Part shown: piece by piece, positions 24,498 through 37,619 of the stretch
Layout of the letters: every line of letters begins with the position of its first letter
How positions within the stretch are numbered: the first letter of the stretch is position 1
Assembly (NCBI GenBank): GCA_964016885.1
Contig: OZ024740.1
Span: 232,004,001-232,068,000, forward strand
Reading direction: 5' to 3'
Origin: Eledone cirrhosa
Lineage: Eukaryota
Length of the DNA: 64,000 nt
Translations under genes and position numbers: made by a program
Notes under the pieces: model-generated
Told to the model about the DNA's origin: nothing
Seen by the model: the letters and a program-made list of their open reading frames with translations, nothing else
Databases searched by the model: none

Positions 24498-24575
<78 letters not shown>

Positions 24576-24775
24576 TATTTATGATAGAAATGGTTTCTAC
24601 AGGATTAGACAGGACTAGAACTGTTTCATTCAAAACAAATCATCATTTGAAAATAGACAAGACAATCACAGGGATACAAAACACAAATTGTGATTAGTTT
24701 CACGCTTAGGAAGAAGTAAATGAAGGTTTCTATGTATCGGACATATATATGATACCGATGAAACCCCAATCTAGG

Positions 24776-24870
24776 TTAGTACTCTTGAAGTGAAATCGTG
24801 TGTTGAAACATATTGTTGTACTTTGGGAAGGTCATGCTGCCAACCAAGCCACACGCACCAGTTGGGATCC
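24776..24870 (-). mobile_element. pLTR/ORF-start fragment of the 7277-8050 PLE family
   Basis: Matches 7315-7390 and encodes MTFPKYNN. Confidence 0.7.
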
Positions 24871-24934
24871 AAATCAGTTTGTTATTAGTTGATGAACTAT
24901 TCCATCCATGCGTTAGTTTAGTAACAACATGGTT

Positions 24935-25125
24935 GGTGGTTGTGCCCCTAACAGTGGAGACTTCTGGTCTCCTTCGCCGTAGGGCTACCTCCCTTCTTAC
25001 CATCACAAGCGCTGAGCTGGCTAGCCGCAGGTGTGAGCCTCGTGAGATGGAATGGCTCTTCCAAGGCATCTCCCTTACCATCCTCCAGGGAAATGCCTTC
25101 TCTATTCTGTCGGCCGGGGCCGTTG
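24935..25125 (+). pseudogene. CRE-type RLE C-terminal fragment
   Basis: VVPLTVETSG...EPREMEWLFQGISLTILQGNA matches P.AVET.G...WL.QR.SLAIQRGNA. Confidence 0.75.
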
Positions 25126-25473
25126 GGCGCGAAGCACGTGGGACCCCATTTGCTCATAATACAGAGAGATTGGGAGGGCGAGAGAGATGGAGGCGATGAC
25201 AGTGGGAGTTCGGCTCTTCCGTGTTCGGACACATTTACCATTTCTATGTTGGTGTTGAAAATCAGTCAATAATAAGATTACTATCGTATTTTACCGTTTG
25301 AATGTTTTCTATACCGATGCAAATCTTATAAAGAAGAATTTAGTTTAAACTTGAATTATTACGAAATTATCAATCCACTTTTTCATTATGAAGTAATACA
25401 AACTGGAAAAAAATAGTGTGAACGATAATTTCTTATTGTCAAAGCTTTTCATCATATATCATCATATATGTTA

Positions 25474-25818
25474 AGGCACATGGCTTAATGGTTAGAGCAT
25501 TGGCCTTGCAATCGAAAGGTTGTGAGTTCAATTCTCAGACCGGGTGATGTGTTGTTTCCTTAAGCAAGACACTTTATTTCACATTGCTCCAGTTTACTCA
25601 GCTGTAGAAATGAGATGATAGGGACTGGGGTCCATATCATTCCACTACAAAGTGGTCGTGGAGGTGCCACGACAAAAAAGCACCCAGCACTCACTGTAAA
25701 TGAGGTTGGTGTTAGGAAGGGCATCCAGCTGTAGAAATCAAGCCAGAATCAGTTCCCGTCCCACCCTTGCAAGCAGGGAAAAGCAGACGTAAAATGAAAT
25801 GATGATGATGATGATGAT
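25474..25818 (+). mobile_element. tRNA-derived SINE with (TGA)n tail
   Basis: Family A-like head, GTTAGGAAGGGCATCCAGCTGTAGAAA body and (GAT)n tail. Confidence 0.75.
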
Positions 25819-25925
25819 CCAGTCACTTGCTCAATGACTATCATTGTTACACTGTGTCTCCTCTTATCTTCTAAAGACGTATATTTGGTCTGGTCTGCAC
25901 ATGCTTGTGCATTTGTGTCTGAGAG

Positions 25926-25960
<35 letters not shown>

Positions 25961-26118
25961 CTGTGCGTTCATACTTCTACGAATTTCAGTGTACAAAAAG
26001 ATAAATATGTCAAGAATCCTATAACATATAACTAAATTTACAAGAGGAGCATTTTTGACAAAATAATCAATTAAATAATATATATTTGGAGGAATTCTGA
26101 TAAATATAATGTATATGT

Positions 26119-26162
<44 letters not shown>

Positions 26163-26231
26163 TGTGTATATATATATATATATATATGTTTGTGTGTATA
26201 TATATATATTATATATATATATCTTTCTCTC

Positions 26232-26283
<52 letters not shown>

Positions 26284-26380
26284 GAGAGAGAGTGAGAGAG
26301 AGAGAGAGAGAGGAGAAGAGGGACAGAGTGATATATAGATATATAGATATATATGGGGGTGTTTTTATGTGTATGCTACA

Positions 26381-26434
<54 letters not shown>

Positions 26435-27049
26435 AACATATAAATAGATAGATAGATAGACATGAGTGCGGGTTGTATATGTTGTATGAAAACGAGCTTC
26501 AACTACGTGCTGAGCACAATTGCGGTTGTGCTCAGTCACTTGGTGAAACCTCTATATCATATATAAACGTAGTTTTACAACAACTAAATTATGATTATAT
26601 TAACTAGCAGAAAAACCCCACTCGTGTGGATTTTGCTAGCATCTGTAGTGTGTGTATTGATATTATACACAGGTATATATACATGTAAATATGATACATC
26701 AAATAAAATCGCCCATGCACAACAGTCTCTCTCTCCACGCCACCGATCTTGTTCAAGGGACAGGCCACGATACAGCTAAGCATCAGTGACGTCGTAACTC
26801 CTTTCTGCAGCTGAGTAAACTGGAGCAACGTGAAATAAAATGTCTTCTTTAAGGACACGACGCTTCACCCGGTCCGAGAATCGAAATCACAAATTCACGA
26901 TTGCAATCCCAACGCCCTAAGCCATACATACATAAGAGATCATGAGAGTTGGGAAGGAACACCTTGAAAGATACTCCCTCATGATAATTAAAAGCTCACA
27001 CCTAGAGAAATTGCTCTGCAATACCGCTGTGAATCCTTGGATGAAAAAC

Positions 27050-27410
27050 TGCATGATTAACAGCAAAACATCATGCATGGGTATGTTGCCAGTAGGCTCC
27101 AGAGTGAGACTAATATAGAGAAGCAAAGTCTTCGACCAACAACCGCCGTATTGGCTCTCACTTTGAAGGATATGCTTTTGCAATCCAAGAACAAGAAATT
27201 AACACAGAATACCTGATTCAAAAAAGAGATAGGGAGTCAGGCAAAACACGTAGATGTGATAACAAATGCAGGCCCTGCAGAATTAACATCGAAGATGACA
27301 CCCATGTCTTAAGCAGCCGTCCGAAGATGTCATCACGGTACTATTTACCTATGAGGAATGGTGTAGTGGCCAAAAACACTATACAATGCAATCCGTAGAA
27401 AAAATAGTCT
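27050..27410 (+). pseudogene. degraded R4-type retrotransposon fragment
   Basis: Manual translation from 27157: SHFEGYAFAIQEQEINTEYL...KCRPCRINIEDDTHVLSSRPKMSSRYYLPMRNGVVAK. Collinear with the 21809-22498 protein. Confidence 0.75.
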
Positions 27411-27501
27411 GACAATGACGTATTAATAGTTACAGTAATGTGGAAGACTTATACATACATATCTGTATACAGTTATGCATGAAGCTAAATCCTAATCCCC
27501 G

Positions 27502-27607
<106 letters not shown>

Positions 27608-28079
27608 CATTTACAATTATATGTCATGTTTGAGATAATCTCGAACATGCGCCTTATCTCCTAAGAATAATCTCAAAGAATATATCTGACCGTTTAATCA
27701 TTACAAAATAGTGAATAACATATATATATATATACATATATATCTAATGATACATACGTACAATAGAACATATCAACGATTTTTAAGAACACATGGTTCA
27801 TTTCGGTATCATATTAAAATTTAACAAAAATATTAAAGTATAGATACCTTCAAAAATTTAAAGTATATATATATATATATATATATACTTTAAATTTTTG
27901 AAAGTTTCTATACTCTAAATTTATGTATATATATATATATATATACAGAGAGAAATAAAGATAGAGAGAGAGATAGAAATAGAGAAAGAGGTATAAGTAA
28001 ATATATACGCGTGACCATTCAGTATAGAATGCAATTCATAATGTAAATTTCTATCCATGGTGTCTTTTAGATCACACAA

Positions 28080-28187
28080 ACACGCACAAGCGCGAGCGTG
28101 CACTCACTCTAATACACGCACACAGAAGCGCGCGCGTGAACTCACTCTAATACACACACAGACAAGCGCGAGCGTGCACTCACTCTA

Positions 28188-28223
<36 letters not shown>

Positions 28224-28345
28224 GCGCGCGCGCGTGCACTCACTCTAATACACACATACACACACACACACAAGCGCGCGCGTGCACTCACTCTAATACA
28301 CACACACACACATAAGCGCGCGAGTGCATTCACTCTAGTACACAC
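28080..28345. repeat. minisatellite, about 6 units of AAGCGCG(CG)TGCACTCACTCTAATA(CA)n
   Basis: Direct inspection. Confidence 0.85.
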
Positions 28346-28360
28346 ACCCACACACACACA

Positions 28361-28435
<75 letters not shown>

Positions 28436-28444
28436 ACGCACACG

Positions 28445-28475
<31 letters not shown>

Positions 28476-28557
28476 CTGCCGGTGTCTTTCGGTGCGTATT
28501 TGTATCGTACAAAGAATTATTATTTGATATCATGTTTAAATCTGTATACCTCACACA

Positions 28558-28625
<68 letters not shown>

Positions 28626-29152
28626 TACAATAAAAACACACATACATCTATGATACATATTACTTATGCGTCTAGTCACCAATCACTGCTTGAATACGCA
28701 CCAGAAACTCGGAGATGCACGCTGGCACACGTAAATGTAAATGGACGGCAATTCACCATACATACGTACACATACACACACACACAGACACACACATATA
28801 TACATACGTAAATACATACAAGCATTCATACAACTAAAGCCATCCACACACTCCTCTTACACAACACTCTTATGTTATTGTAGGATTTCTGTTAAAATGA
28901 ATTTCATATCTGAATATCTGAAAAGTTTTTGTTTTTCTAGTCACATGTTTATACAATCATTTTATTTCGTGTTTCTATGTAAACTCCTGTTTGTATACTT
29001 TCATATTTTTCATATTTTTATTGGATATTCTCGTTTAATCATTAATAGCGAATGCTTTCTAAACAGATGTTGGATGCGATTTCGTCTTTTACCGCCTGCC
29101 ACACGCCTGTTGACGGTGCTGCATCTTTCAATATTATTACGCAATTCTTTCT

Positions 29153-29207
<55 letters not shown>

Positions 29208-29329
29208 TTCATTCTTTATTTATTTATTCATTTATTCATTACTTATTATTATTGGGTCGTCAAGTATGAACTTTGTAGAAAATTGTGTTTTTTCTACAAA
29301 CTTCTACAAATTTCATACTTAACGACCCA

Positions 29330-32300
29330 ATATGATGGCTTGGCCAAACCATTAGAATGTCGAACCATATGCTTAGAAGTATTTAGTTACGGATCTTTGC
29401 GTTCTGATTTCAAATTCTCCCGACATCATCTTTTCGAGGATGATAAAATAAAGTGCCATTTAAGTAGTGGGGTTGATATAATAGACTTTCCCATTCCACC
29501 AAATTGCTGGCTTTGTGCCAATATTAGAAAGAATTAATGTAGTATGTCACTGTTGTCGTTAAGGTCGTTAGGTTCTGGTCAAGTATTGTGCTGGGGATTA
29601 TCCAATGTTCGTTCCCTCTACATTTCTGACCTAGCGCCAAGATCAGTTAAACCTCTTAAAGAAACACTTGGGTAAAACCAAAATACTGTCAATGAGCATG
29701 ACTGTAAATTTTCTGAAGGATGGTTGAGAATAGAGAAATTGGTATAATTAATTGTTTCTACTTTAGGCACAAGGCCAGCAATTACCCAGTGCATTACTGG
29801 TACTTTATTTTATCGACCCCGTAAGGATGAAAGGCAAAGTCAACCTCGGCGGGATTTGAACTCAGATCGTAAAGGGACGTAACTATGCTGGAAAGCATGG
29901 CGTCCAACCCTCTACCGATACTGCCAATCCACCGCCCTGGTATAAATTGGTATAATTAATGGGCTCTATTTAACTGTAGGCTGGCGAACATTGTAAAGGC
30001 GCTTGGCCTCGTGCTAAGGGTATTGGACTTACGATCATAATGTCCTGGGTTCTATTCCTGGTCTGGGTTGCGTGTTGTGTTCTTGAGCATAACACTTCAT
30101 TTCACGTTGCTGTAGTATACTCAGCTAAAAAGGAGTATCAGCAATAACTGGAGGTTTAAACCTGCGATGGTCTGGCGTTATATCCAGAGGGAGTCTTGTA
30201 CTCTCAGTCGCTTTACGCCATGAAACCGGGATAAGCATCGGCTTAACGAGCTTTCTGGTGAACATAACTGGCAGAAGGCATTTGCCTCTTGTGTTTCGGG
30301 GGAATTCGGGGTTGGGTGCGGCTGTATCCTGATCTAGTAGGTCTTCTTGCTTTTAAATTTGACCTGTACATTATTTCTTAATGGGACATTATTCTTATTG
30401 CGGTTTCACCATTTTACACACTCTAAATCCACAGCTGTTCTTTGTTTGCTGTTTTCTTGTGTATTTCAAGTTTGTACTGTTCCTAACGTCTATGGAATTT
30501 ATGGAAAATAAGAGAAATCCTTCTTCGCCTGAATATTAGATTAGCAGTATCGGTAGAGCGTCGGAAAATAGGCTGTACCGTATATAGTTACATTCTTTTA
30601 CGTTCTGCTTTTAAATCCCGCCGAGGTTAGCTTATCCTTTCTTCTTTATGGGCTCGACAAAATAAAGTACTAGTAAAGCACTGGCGTCGATTTAATCAAC
30701 TTCAATCTCACCAAAAAAGTCTTGACCTTGTGCTTAAATCAAAAACAATTATTTCAGAAGATTTTTAGTCACTGGACTATGAACATATTTTAGGTGCACT
30801 ATCGTATGGCGCTGCCTGTTCGAGATCTTTTTTTACAGTAACGGCTGTACCGTCAATAGAGCGATAAAGCCGTTCAGCACGAACTCGACTGATTTGGAGA
30901 ATTATGTAGAACAGCTATTGTCGCGTATAGGGCACCACCAGATACTAGTCGAGTTTATAGTGAGGATTGCACCACCTCATTCGTTTGGCCAATAAGGCAT
31001 TTAGTTTTCTTCTGGCTGGTGGCTATTGCAAACGAGAATGTATTGATTTTGGCTTGTTAGCTTTTAGGAATCGTTACATAAACTACTAGGCAAGCCACTG
31101 CACCTATCTTCTAACTTTGTTTTTCAGCATAGAGTTATGTCCATTTACGGTCTGAGTTCAAATCCCGCCGACATTAGCTGTGCCTTTCATCCTTACTAGG
31201 TCGATAAAATAAAGCACCAGTAATGCGCTGCGGTCGATTTAATTGACTTTCCCCTTCCCCCAAATTGCTGGCCTTGTGCCTATAGTAGAAATCATTATTT
31301 GTATGGTGGTTGTTATTGTTAGGCCGGAGGGTGAAAAGTCATCTGAATGATAGGGTGTCCAAGGCTAGAGAGAAAAGTAGTAGGATTGGCAACTTTCGGT
31401 GTCGAGAATGTAATTCCATTTAATTGATCTATGCGTTTTAGATAGATGTATAATTTATTACTAATCGAATAAACCATAAAAATTAGGGCGTAGCTGGATC
31501 CAAGATTCCACTGCTTTTCTCCTCTGACGACTAATGTTGTAGGCCATTGGGGTTTCTTTCAAATAAATCGTTTCCAATCTATCAATTTATCCCAGAAAGA
31601 AATTAAATAGATATATGCAACAGAAATGGGCGGTTTCTTCAGGAATTTCTTTTGGACTTTGAATACATCATAAGTAATATTATATTTTGCCAGAATACCG
31701 AGCACAAATTTACATTGACGGATCTCGTTCAAAAAACGATTTCTACTATAGGCACAAGGCCAGCAATGTTGGGGGAGGGGAATGTCGATTAAATCGACCA
31801 CAGTGCACTAGAGGTGCTTTAAATCATCGACCTATAAGGATGAAAGGCAAAGCTAACTTCGATGGGATTTGTACTGAGAGCGTAAAGGGCCATAACTCTA
31901 TGTTGCAAAATATTTTATCTGACGCTATACCAATACTTCTAATTCGCAGCCCTTTCAAATAATTGTTTCTACTTTTGACACAAGGCCAGCGATTAATCAG
32001 TGCATTACTGGTACTTTATTTTATCGACCCCGTAAGGATGAAAGGCAAAGTTAACCTAGGCAGGATTTGAACTCAGATCGTAAATGGCCGTAATTCTGTG
32101 TTGCAAATGGTGTCCGACTCTCTACCGATAGTGCAAATCCACCACCCAGTCCAGTCCTTTCAAATAATTGTTTCTACTTTTGGCACAAGGCCAGCAATTA
32201 ACCCAGTTCATTACTGGTACTTTATTTTATCGACCCCGTAACGATGTACTCAGACGATAAAGGGGCGTAACTCTATGCTGCAAAGCGTGGCGTCCGACCT

Positions 32301-32600
32301 TCTACCGATACTGCCTAGCATCTAATTGGAGTCAGTTGATGGTGTTAAATGAGCAACCGATTAAATGTAACAATGCTGTATTTGAACGTAGAACGTAAAA
32401 TGCCGACGAAAATATAACAAGGTATCTTATCTGACACTAACAATTTTACCAAACTAGCGTCTGAAGAGATACGTTAATTCATCAATCTTGAAAGGATGAA
32501 GACTAAGACTATCACAGTGAGATTTGAACGCATAATGCCTAGAGCTTGAATACAAATTGCATGAAGGAATTTTAACCTATGTTCTCACGACTCCATCAAT
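29330..32600. mobile_element. cluster of about 8 family B SINEs and one family A SINE of varied age
   Basis: B copies near 29330(+), 29750(-), 30535(+), 31125(+), 31735(-), 31960(-), 32165(-) and 32350(-). A copy at 29995-30260(+). Confidence 0.8.
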
Positions 32601-32778
32601 TAGTTAACTATATTGGTTTAATTGAAACTAAGTTTCGCGTCTTTAGGGCTTATTGAAACAGAATATTAGTTTTTATTTTATTTATATATTTATGTACACA
32701 GGAACAACCGTAACACATACACACCTACAAATATATATCTATCTATAAGAAACATATCTATCTATCTATCATTCTATC

Positions 32779-32975
32779 TAGGAAAAGAGTCAGGACCCGA
32801 CGGTTGAGCTCCGGCCGTTTAGACAGCTAGATCTGAACTGTTCGGATCTAACTGTCGAAACAGCCGGATCTCAGCCGTCGGGGTCCTGACTCTTTTCCTA
32901 TTACCCACTCTACTACCCTAAGTATTGAAGCCTCTGATGCGTTATGGTTCACCTGGTATCTTACCAGACCGTCTT
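32779..32975 (+). mobile_element. PLE-type pLTR fragment with about 120-bp fold-back palindrome
   Basis: 32779-32900 is self-complementary and has the same tail as 17859-17940. Confidence 0.7.
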
Positions 32976-33195
32976 TGGTTTTTATCTAACTATCTATTTA
33001 TCTATCTATCTATCTATCTCGGATGGACACACGCGTGAAACTTGCTGGGTAAATTCTGCCTAAATTTCTATAGAAATTCCTAACTGTAAAACTTCATTTT
33101 TATACCAATTTGGTCAGTCTCTCAAAATATTCTACGCCTTTAGGCGAAATAGTTCACAAAAAGTTTTTTCTGGAAAAGCTAACATTTTTTTTAAA

Positions 33196-35100
33196 ATGGC
33201 TGAAGCTTCTTCACCAACATTCGAAGGAGGAAGAGGGAAGATATGCTTACAGCTTCCCCCTGCCACTGTCATAGAAGCAGATGTCAAAGACAAATGTCAG
33301 CCAGAGGAAGGACTTGACGTTGCCATGGCAACAAACCAAAAGTGTGAAACAATGAACAAAAACAACACAACCAGCGGCACCAGCAACAACAAGAACAACA
33401 ATGCTACGAACGAAAACAACACCAACAACAATAACAATAACAACAACAACAACAACAAGACCAATAACTGCAACAAGGAAGTAAACGACAAAATATCATT
33501 TGCGCAAACCGTAAAGAAAACGGTAAGCTACACTCCGGTAGATATTTCAAATGCAAATGAGCTTTTGAATAACGCCAGACAGTACATAACTTTTGGGGAG
33601 AACGGATCATTTTCCATAAACTCTCCCCCAGATTTGCGAAGAGAAGCTGCCTTGAAAACTATTGTTTTCAGGACAGTCTCAAACAAAACCCGAAAACAGA
33701 CTCAACTTTCACAAGGCGAAATTGAGTTGGTTTTAGAAGATACCTTAAAAGACATTGCTTTCATTCAGAAGGGTAGACTCTACGGGAGTTTATCCATTCT
33801 GATGAAAGACCAACTGACGGCACAGAAATACTCTGTGTCGCCAATTGTGTCACCGTTGTTCACCCTTTTCCCCACTTACATGGGGAAAAGAACACAGAAA
33901 ATAAAAATCCAAAGTATCACACCAAATATTGATATTTGGTGGGTACTATGTGGATGTTTAAACCTAGAAAAAGACACAATAATATCGGTAGGTAAGTACC
34001 CCGGCGACCTGTTCAGCGGAACTAGCCTGGAAATTCTGGTCCAAATGATACCAGAACGAATAGCTAGGATCCCGGAACGTGTGCTGCTGGATAGACTTAT
34101 ATACATAAACATTTTAGTCGAGGGTAGGCGGTCCTCATGCCTAAGCAGGGGTCACCTGAGAGCTTCCTTTCCTCGGCTTACTAGCCAAAAAAAGGCATTA
34201 CTACCAACACCTGCAACACCAGCACAACAATCACGACCACCATCATAACAACAACAACAACAACAACAACAACAAAAAATAGTGACAACAAAACAAACGA
34301 CAATCACAGTCCCACCCAACCCCTCCCCACCTAAAACAACTCCAGAAACACCCACACACATAATAGCTCCCCAAAATGTTCCCCTCCCCACAACATGGAT
34401 GAGGCCTCATCATCGTCATCCAGTGACGATGAGGGAGAGCCTTTCCGACCAGTAAAAAGAAAAAAAGAAAAGACATAGCACAAATAAAATGCAACAGACA
34501 CACAAACACCAACACAAGCGACACAAACAGCACAAACAAAAACACCCCCTCCTGAAAACAAAATACTTACTATAAAACGTAAACACAAACAAGAACCACA
34601 GAAAAAAAGCAACACAACACAACAAAAATGTTACACCTACATAAACACTAAAAATAAAACTTTAACAGGCACCATATATAAAAACCCTTGGGGGGAAACC
34701 GAAGGGAAAACTTTTACACTCTCTTCGGAGAATCCTTATCTTAAAATGATTAGGATCTCCATGGACACACATAAACATTTAAAAGAAAAAATTCCTAACG
34801 ACGTAGGTAACCCCTGCGTCAAACCCTATAACCGCGTCCTTTTGAAATGTTTCCCCACCCCCACCTCAGACACTCCCGCCCCAGACACCCCCACCCCCAC
34901 CTCAGACACTCCCGCCCCAGACACCCCCACCCCCACCCCCACCTGACACCCGCCCCCACCTGACACCCACCCCCACCTGACACCCCACCCCACCAAACAT
35001 CTCCGTCCCCACCCCGTCAGAGACCACCACCCTACCAAACAACCCCTCCCACTCCCCCAAGGAAATTGTGCAGTCTGGTCCCCAGGAGACGAAGAGGTGA
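33196..35100 (+). pseudogene. ORF1 (gag-like) of copy A, premature stop at 34248, zinc knuckle partly deleted
   Basis: Homologous to copy B ORF1 ([34 protein letters not shown]). Contains poly-Asn and Pro/Thr low complexity. Confidence 0.85.
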
Positions 35101-35140
35101 GTGACTTCTTGTCTTCTTCTTTTAACTTTTCAGCACCAAC

Positions 35141-37302
35141 ATGGCCAATATAAGAGTTGGAAACAGGGAAAACTCTTAAACGACCTCAAGTATGGATGTA
35201 ATAGCCATTTGCGAGTCCAGGATCCACAGCGAGCGACAACTGGCCCCCATCTTCGACGACTTTGAGATCTACGCATCTCTCTGTCAGCCGGGAGGTGGGG
35301 GTGGGGTTGCCGTTTTGCTGCGGAAACACCTGGACATCGTAACACAGACGGTACATCTGGACCCGGAGGGTCGACTGGTGGTCCTAGACGTTGACGGTAG
35401 TGAAGGTGGAGCCTTCAGGCTGGTGGCCGCATATGCCCCATTCGGGATACAGCGGCCAGATTTCTTCAAACGTCTAGAGACTTTACTGGGAACGTCCCGC
35501 TCCCTGCTGTTGGTGGGAGACTGGAATGGAATCCTAGATGCACGTTGGGACTATGTGGGAGCATGTCCCGATAGAGGGGGGTGTAACAGCCTCAAACAGT
35601 TAATCGGCCGATTTGACCTGGCCGATAGATGTCGACTAGATTTTCCGACTGTGCCACTGTGGACGTGGACTAATCACAGCGGAACATCTAGATCGTACCT
35701 AGATAGAAAGAAAGAAAGGGACATGTTAAGCTGTTCACAAATGTTCATGGTTGCCTATTCAGATCACAAATTAATGACCTGCTTAGTCAACCTTGGCAAA
35801 ACCCATAGACAGGGACCCGGCTACTGGAAGCTGAACTTGTCGCTACCGACATGCAAAGCCTACAGTAGACGGATTAACACTTTAGTTAAGCAGCACTTGA
35901 CGGGGGCCATTGTCAACAACAGATGGTGGTACTCTCTCAAGAGGGCAGTTACATTAGACTCGATAGGTTTTAGTAAATAATTAGTGTTAGATAGAAATAA
36001 GACCGAAAAAGAACTGGTAGATAAAGTAGAAGTGGCACTTAGGAGTGTCAACGTAGCCAGCGTGCTAGCGACGAGAACGGCCTTGGACCAGTTCTTTGAC
36101 GCAAAGCATGAAGGCTGCGTTGTCAGAAGCAAAATACGTGCTTTGGGAAACGTGGGAGCCAAAGCTATTAGCTGGGCCCGAGTGACAGAGGTGAAAAGTG
36201 GCAACAAGTCTACGATTCGGTCTTTGAAGGACCAAGACGGACGCGTGATACGTGAGCCGAAGCAGATGTGCGAGGCCTTTCAGCGCCACTTTGCTCAACT
36301 GTTCGGGCAGGGCGGCGCGCCGGGAAGGGCTATGGATTTCGGTCCATACCTCGACGGCCTACCACGACTCTCGGACAGCGAGGCGAAGTTCTGCGAAAGG
36401 CCGATTTCGGCCGCTGAGATAGGAGACGCGCTGAGCCAATGCGGCAAACGCAAATATCCAGGTCTCGACGGTCTAACCTACGAATTTTACGTAGCAATGC
36501 CGGACTTGTTCTCTGGTACCCTGGAAGCGGTCTATTGCAACTGGCAGCAGAACGGGATAATTCCCAGTTCTGTGACCAAGGGCGTAGTCACGTTAGTCAG
36601 GAAGGACGAGAATAAGGGGATGACATAGGAAACTTCCGGCCAACACAGTTACAGATTTTGGCCAAGGTGTTGGCAAAGAGGCTGGCGCTTGTCGTCGAAA
36701 ACCTGGTGGGAGAAGCGCAGACATGCGCAATCCCGACCAGGTCCATACACGACAACCTCCACCTCATGCGATACATCATAGAGAGGGTTGGGTGTAAACC
36801 CGGCTCCGGTGGGGCCCTGATCAACTTGGATCAGTCTAAGGCTTTCGATAGGGTTGACCATCGTTACCTGGATGCAGTGCTCGAGGCGGAAGGCTTCGGA
36901 CCCGTGTTCAGTGGATGGATTGCTGCAATGCACAGCAGCAACATCTGCTCAAGAGTCAAGGTGAACGGCTACTTCCCGGAGCCGTTCCATATCACGCGAT
37001 CCATCCGACAGGGATGCCCTCTCTCCTCCCTTCTGTACGTACTGACTCTCGAGCCACTACTGCGGAAGTTGGAGCTATTGCAGGGCATCCCTTTGGAACC
37101 GGGACTGCGAAAAGCGGCGTCGGCCTACGCCGACGACATCACAGTATTGGTGTCGAGCATCTCGCAAATCGGGGAGGTCGGCACCTTACTGGAGGAATAC
37201 GAAAGGTTCACAAGAACAAAGCTGAAGCGGGACAAATCCGTCGGTTTGCAACTTGGAACGTGGAGAGGCAAACCAAGGCCTTCTCTCTATATAAGACTGT
37301 AG
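35141..37302 (+). pseudogene. ORF2 (APE endonuclease + RT) of copy A
   Basis: Fragments 35192-35980, 35984-36628 and 36658-37302 are collinear with copy B. Confidence 0.9.
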
Positions 37303-37333
37303 GTCACTCTCTCCCTCACTCTCTCTCTCTCAC

Positions 37334-37374
<41 letters not shown>

Positions 37375-37378
37375 ACAC

Positions 37379-37509
<131 letters not shown>

Positions 37510-37619
37510 TTATCTGTCTATTTGTCTAGCTATTGATGTATATGTGTATATGTTGAGATAGATAGATAAAAAGATAGATATAAAACAGATAGAAAGATAG
37601 AAAGATAGATAGATAGATA

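Larger units (their letters stand above)
23783..24500. mobile_element. Naiad-like mini-element: inverted pLTR + GIY-YIG C-terminus + pLTR, within (TA)n
   Basis: 23783-23978 is the reverse complement of about 24248-24445. 23984-24185(+) encodes YSIQWKAITESKPYARGNPTCGLCIEER...RCPH, homologous to 10665-10862. Confidence 0.9.
33020..37304 (+). mobile_element. L1/Tx1-type retrotransposon copy A: apparently 5'-complete, disrupted, internally deleted
   Basis: Starts after (TCTA)n. Has a 5' UTR, ORF1 (33196-35100) and ORF2 from ATG 35141 with APE (GDWN, YSDH) and RT (YADD). Confidence 0.93.

Noticed and set aside
28080-28345. CRISPR-like repeat-spacer array
   Set aside because: The spacers are only variable (CA)n, the context is eukaryotic and there are no cas genes.
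34852-34945. 33-bp tandem repeat
   Set aside because: An ordinary expansion within the Pro/Thr-rich ORF1 tail.
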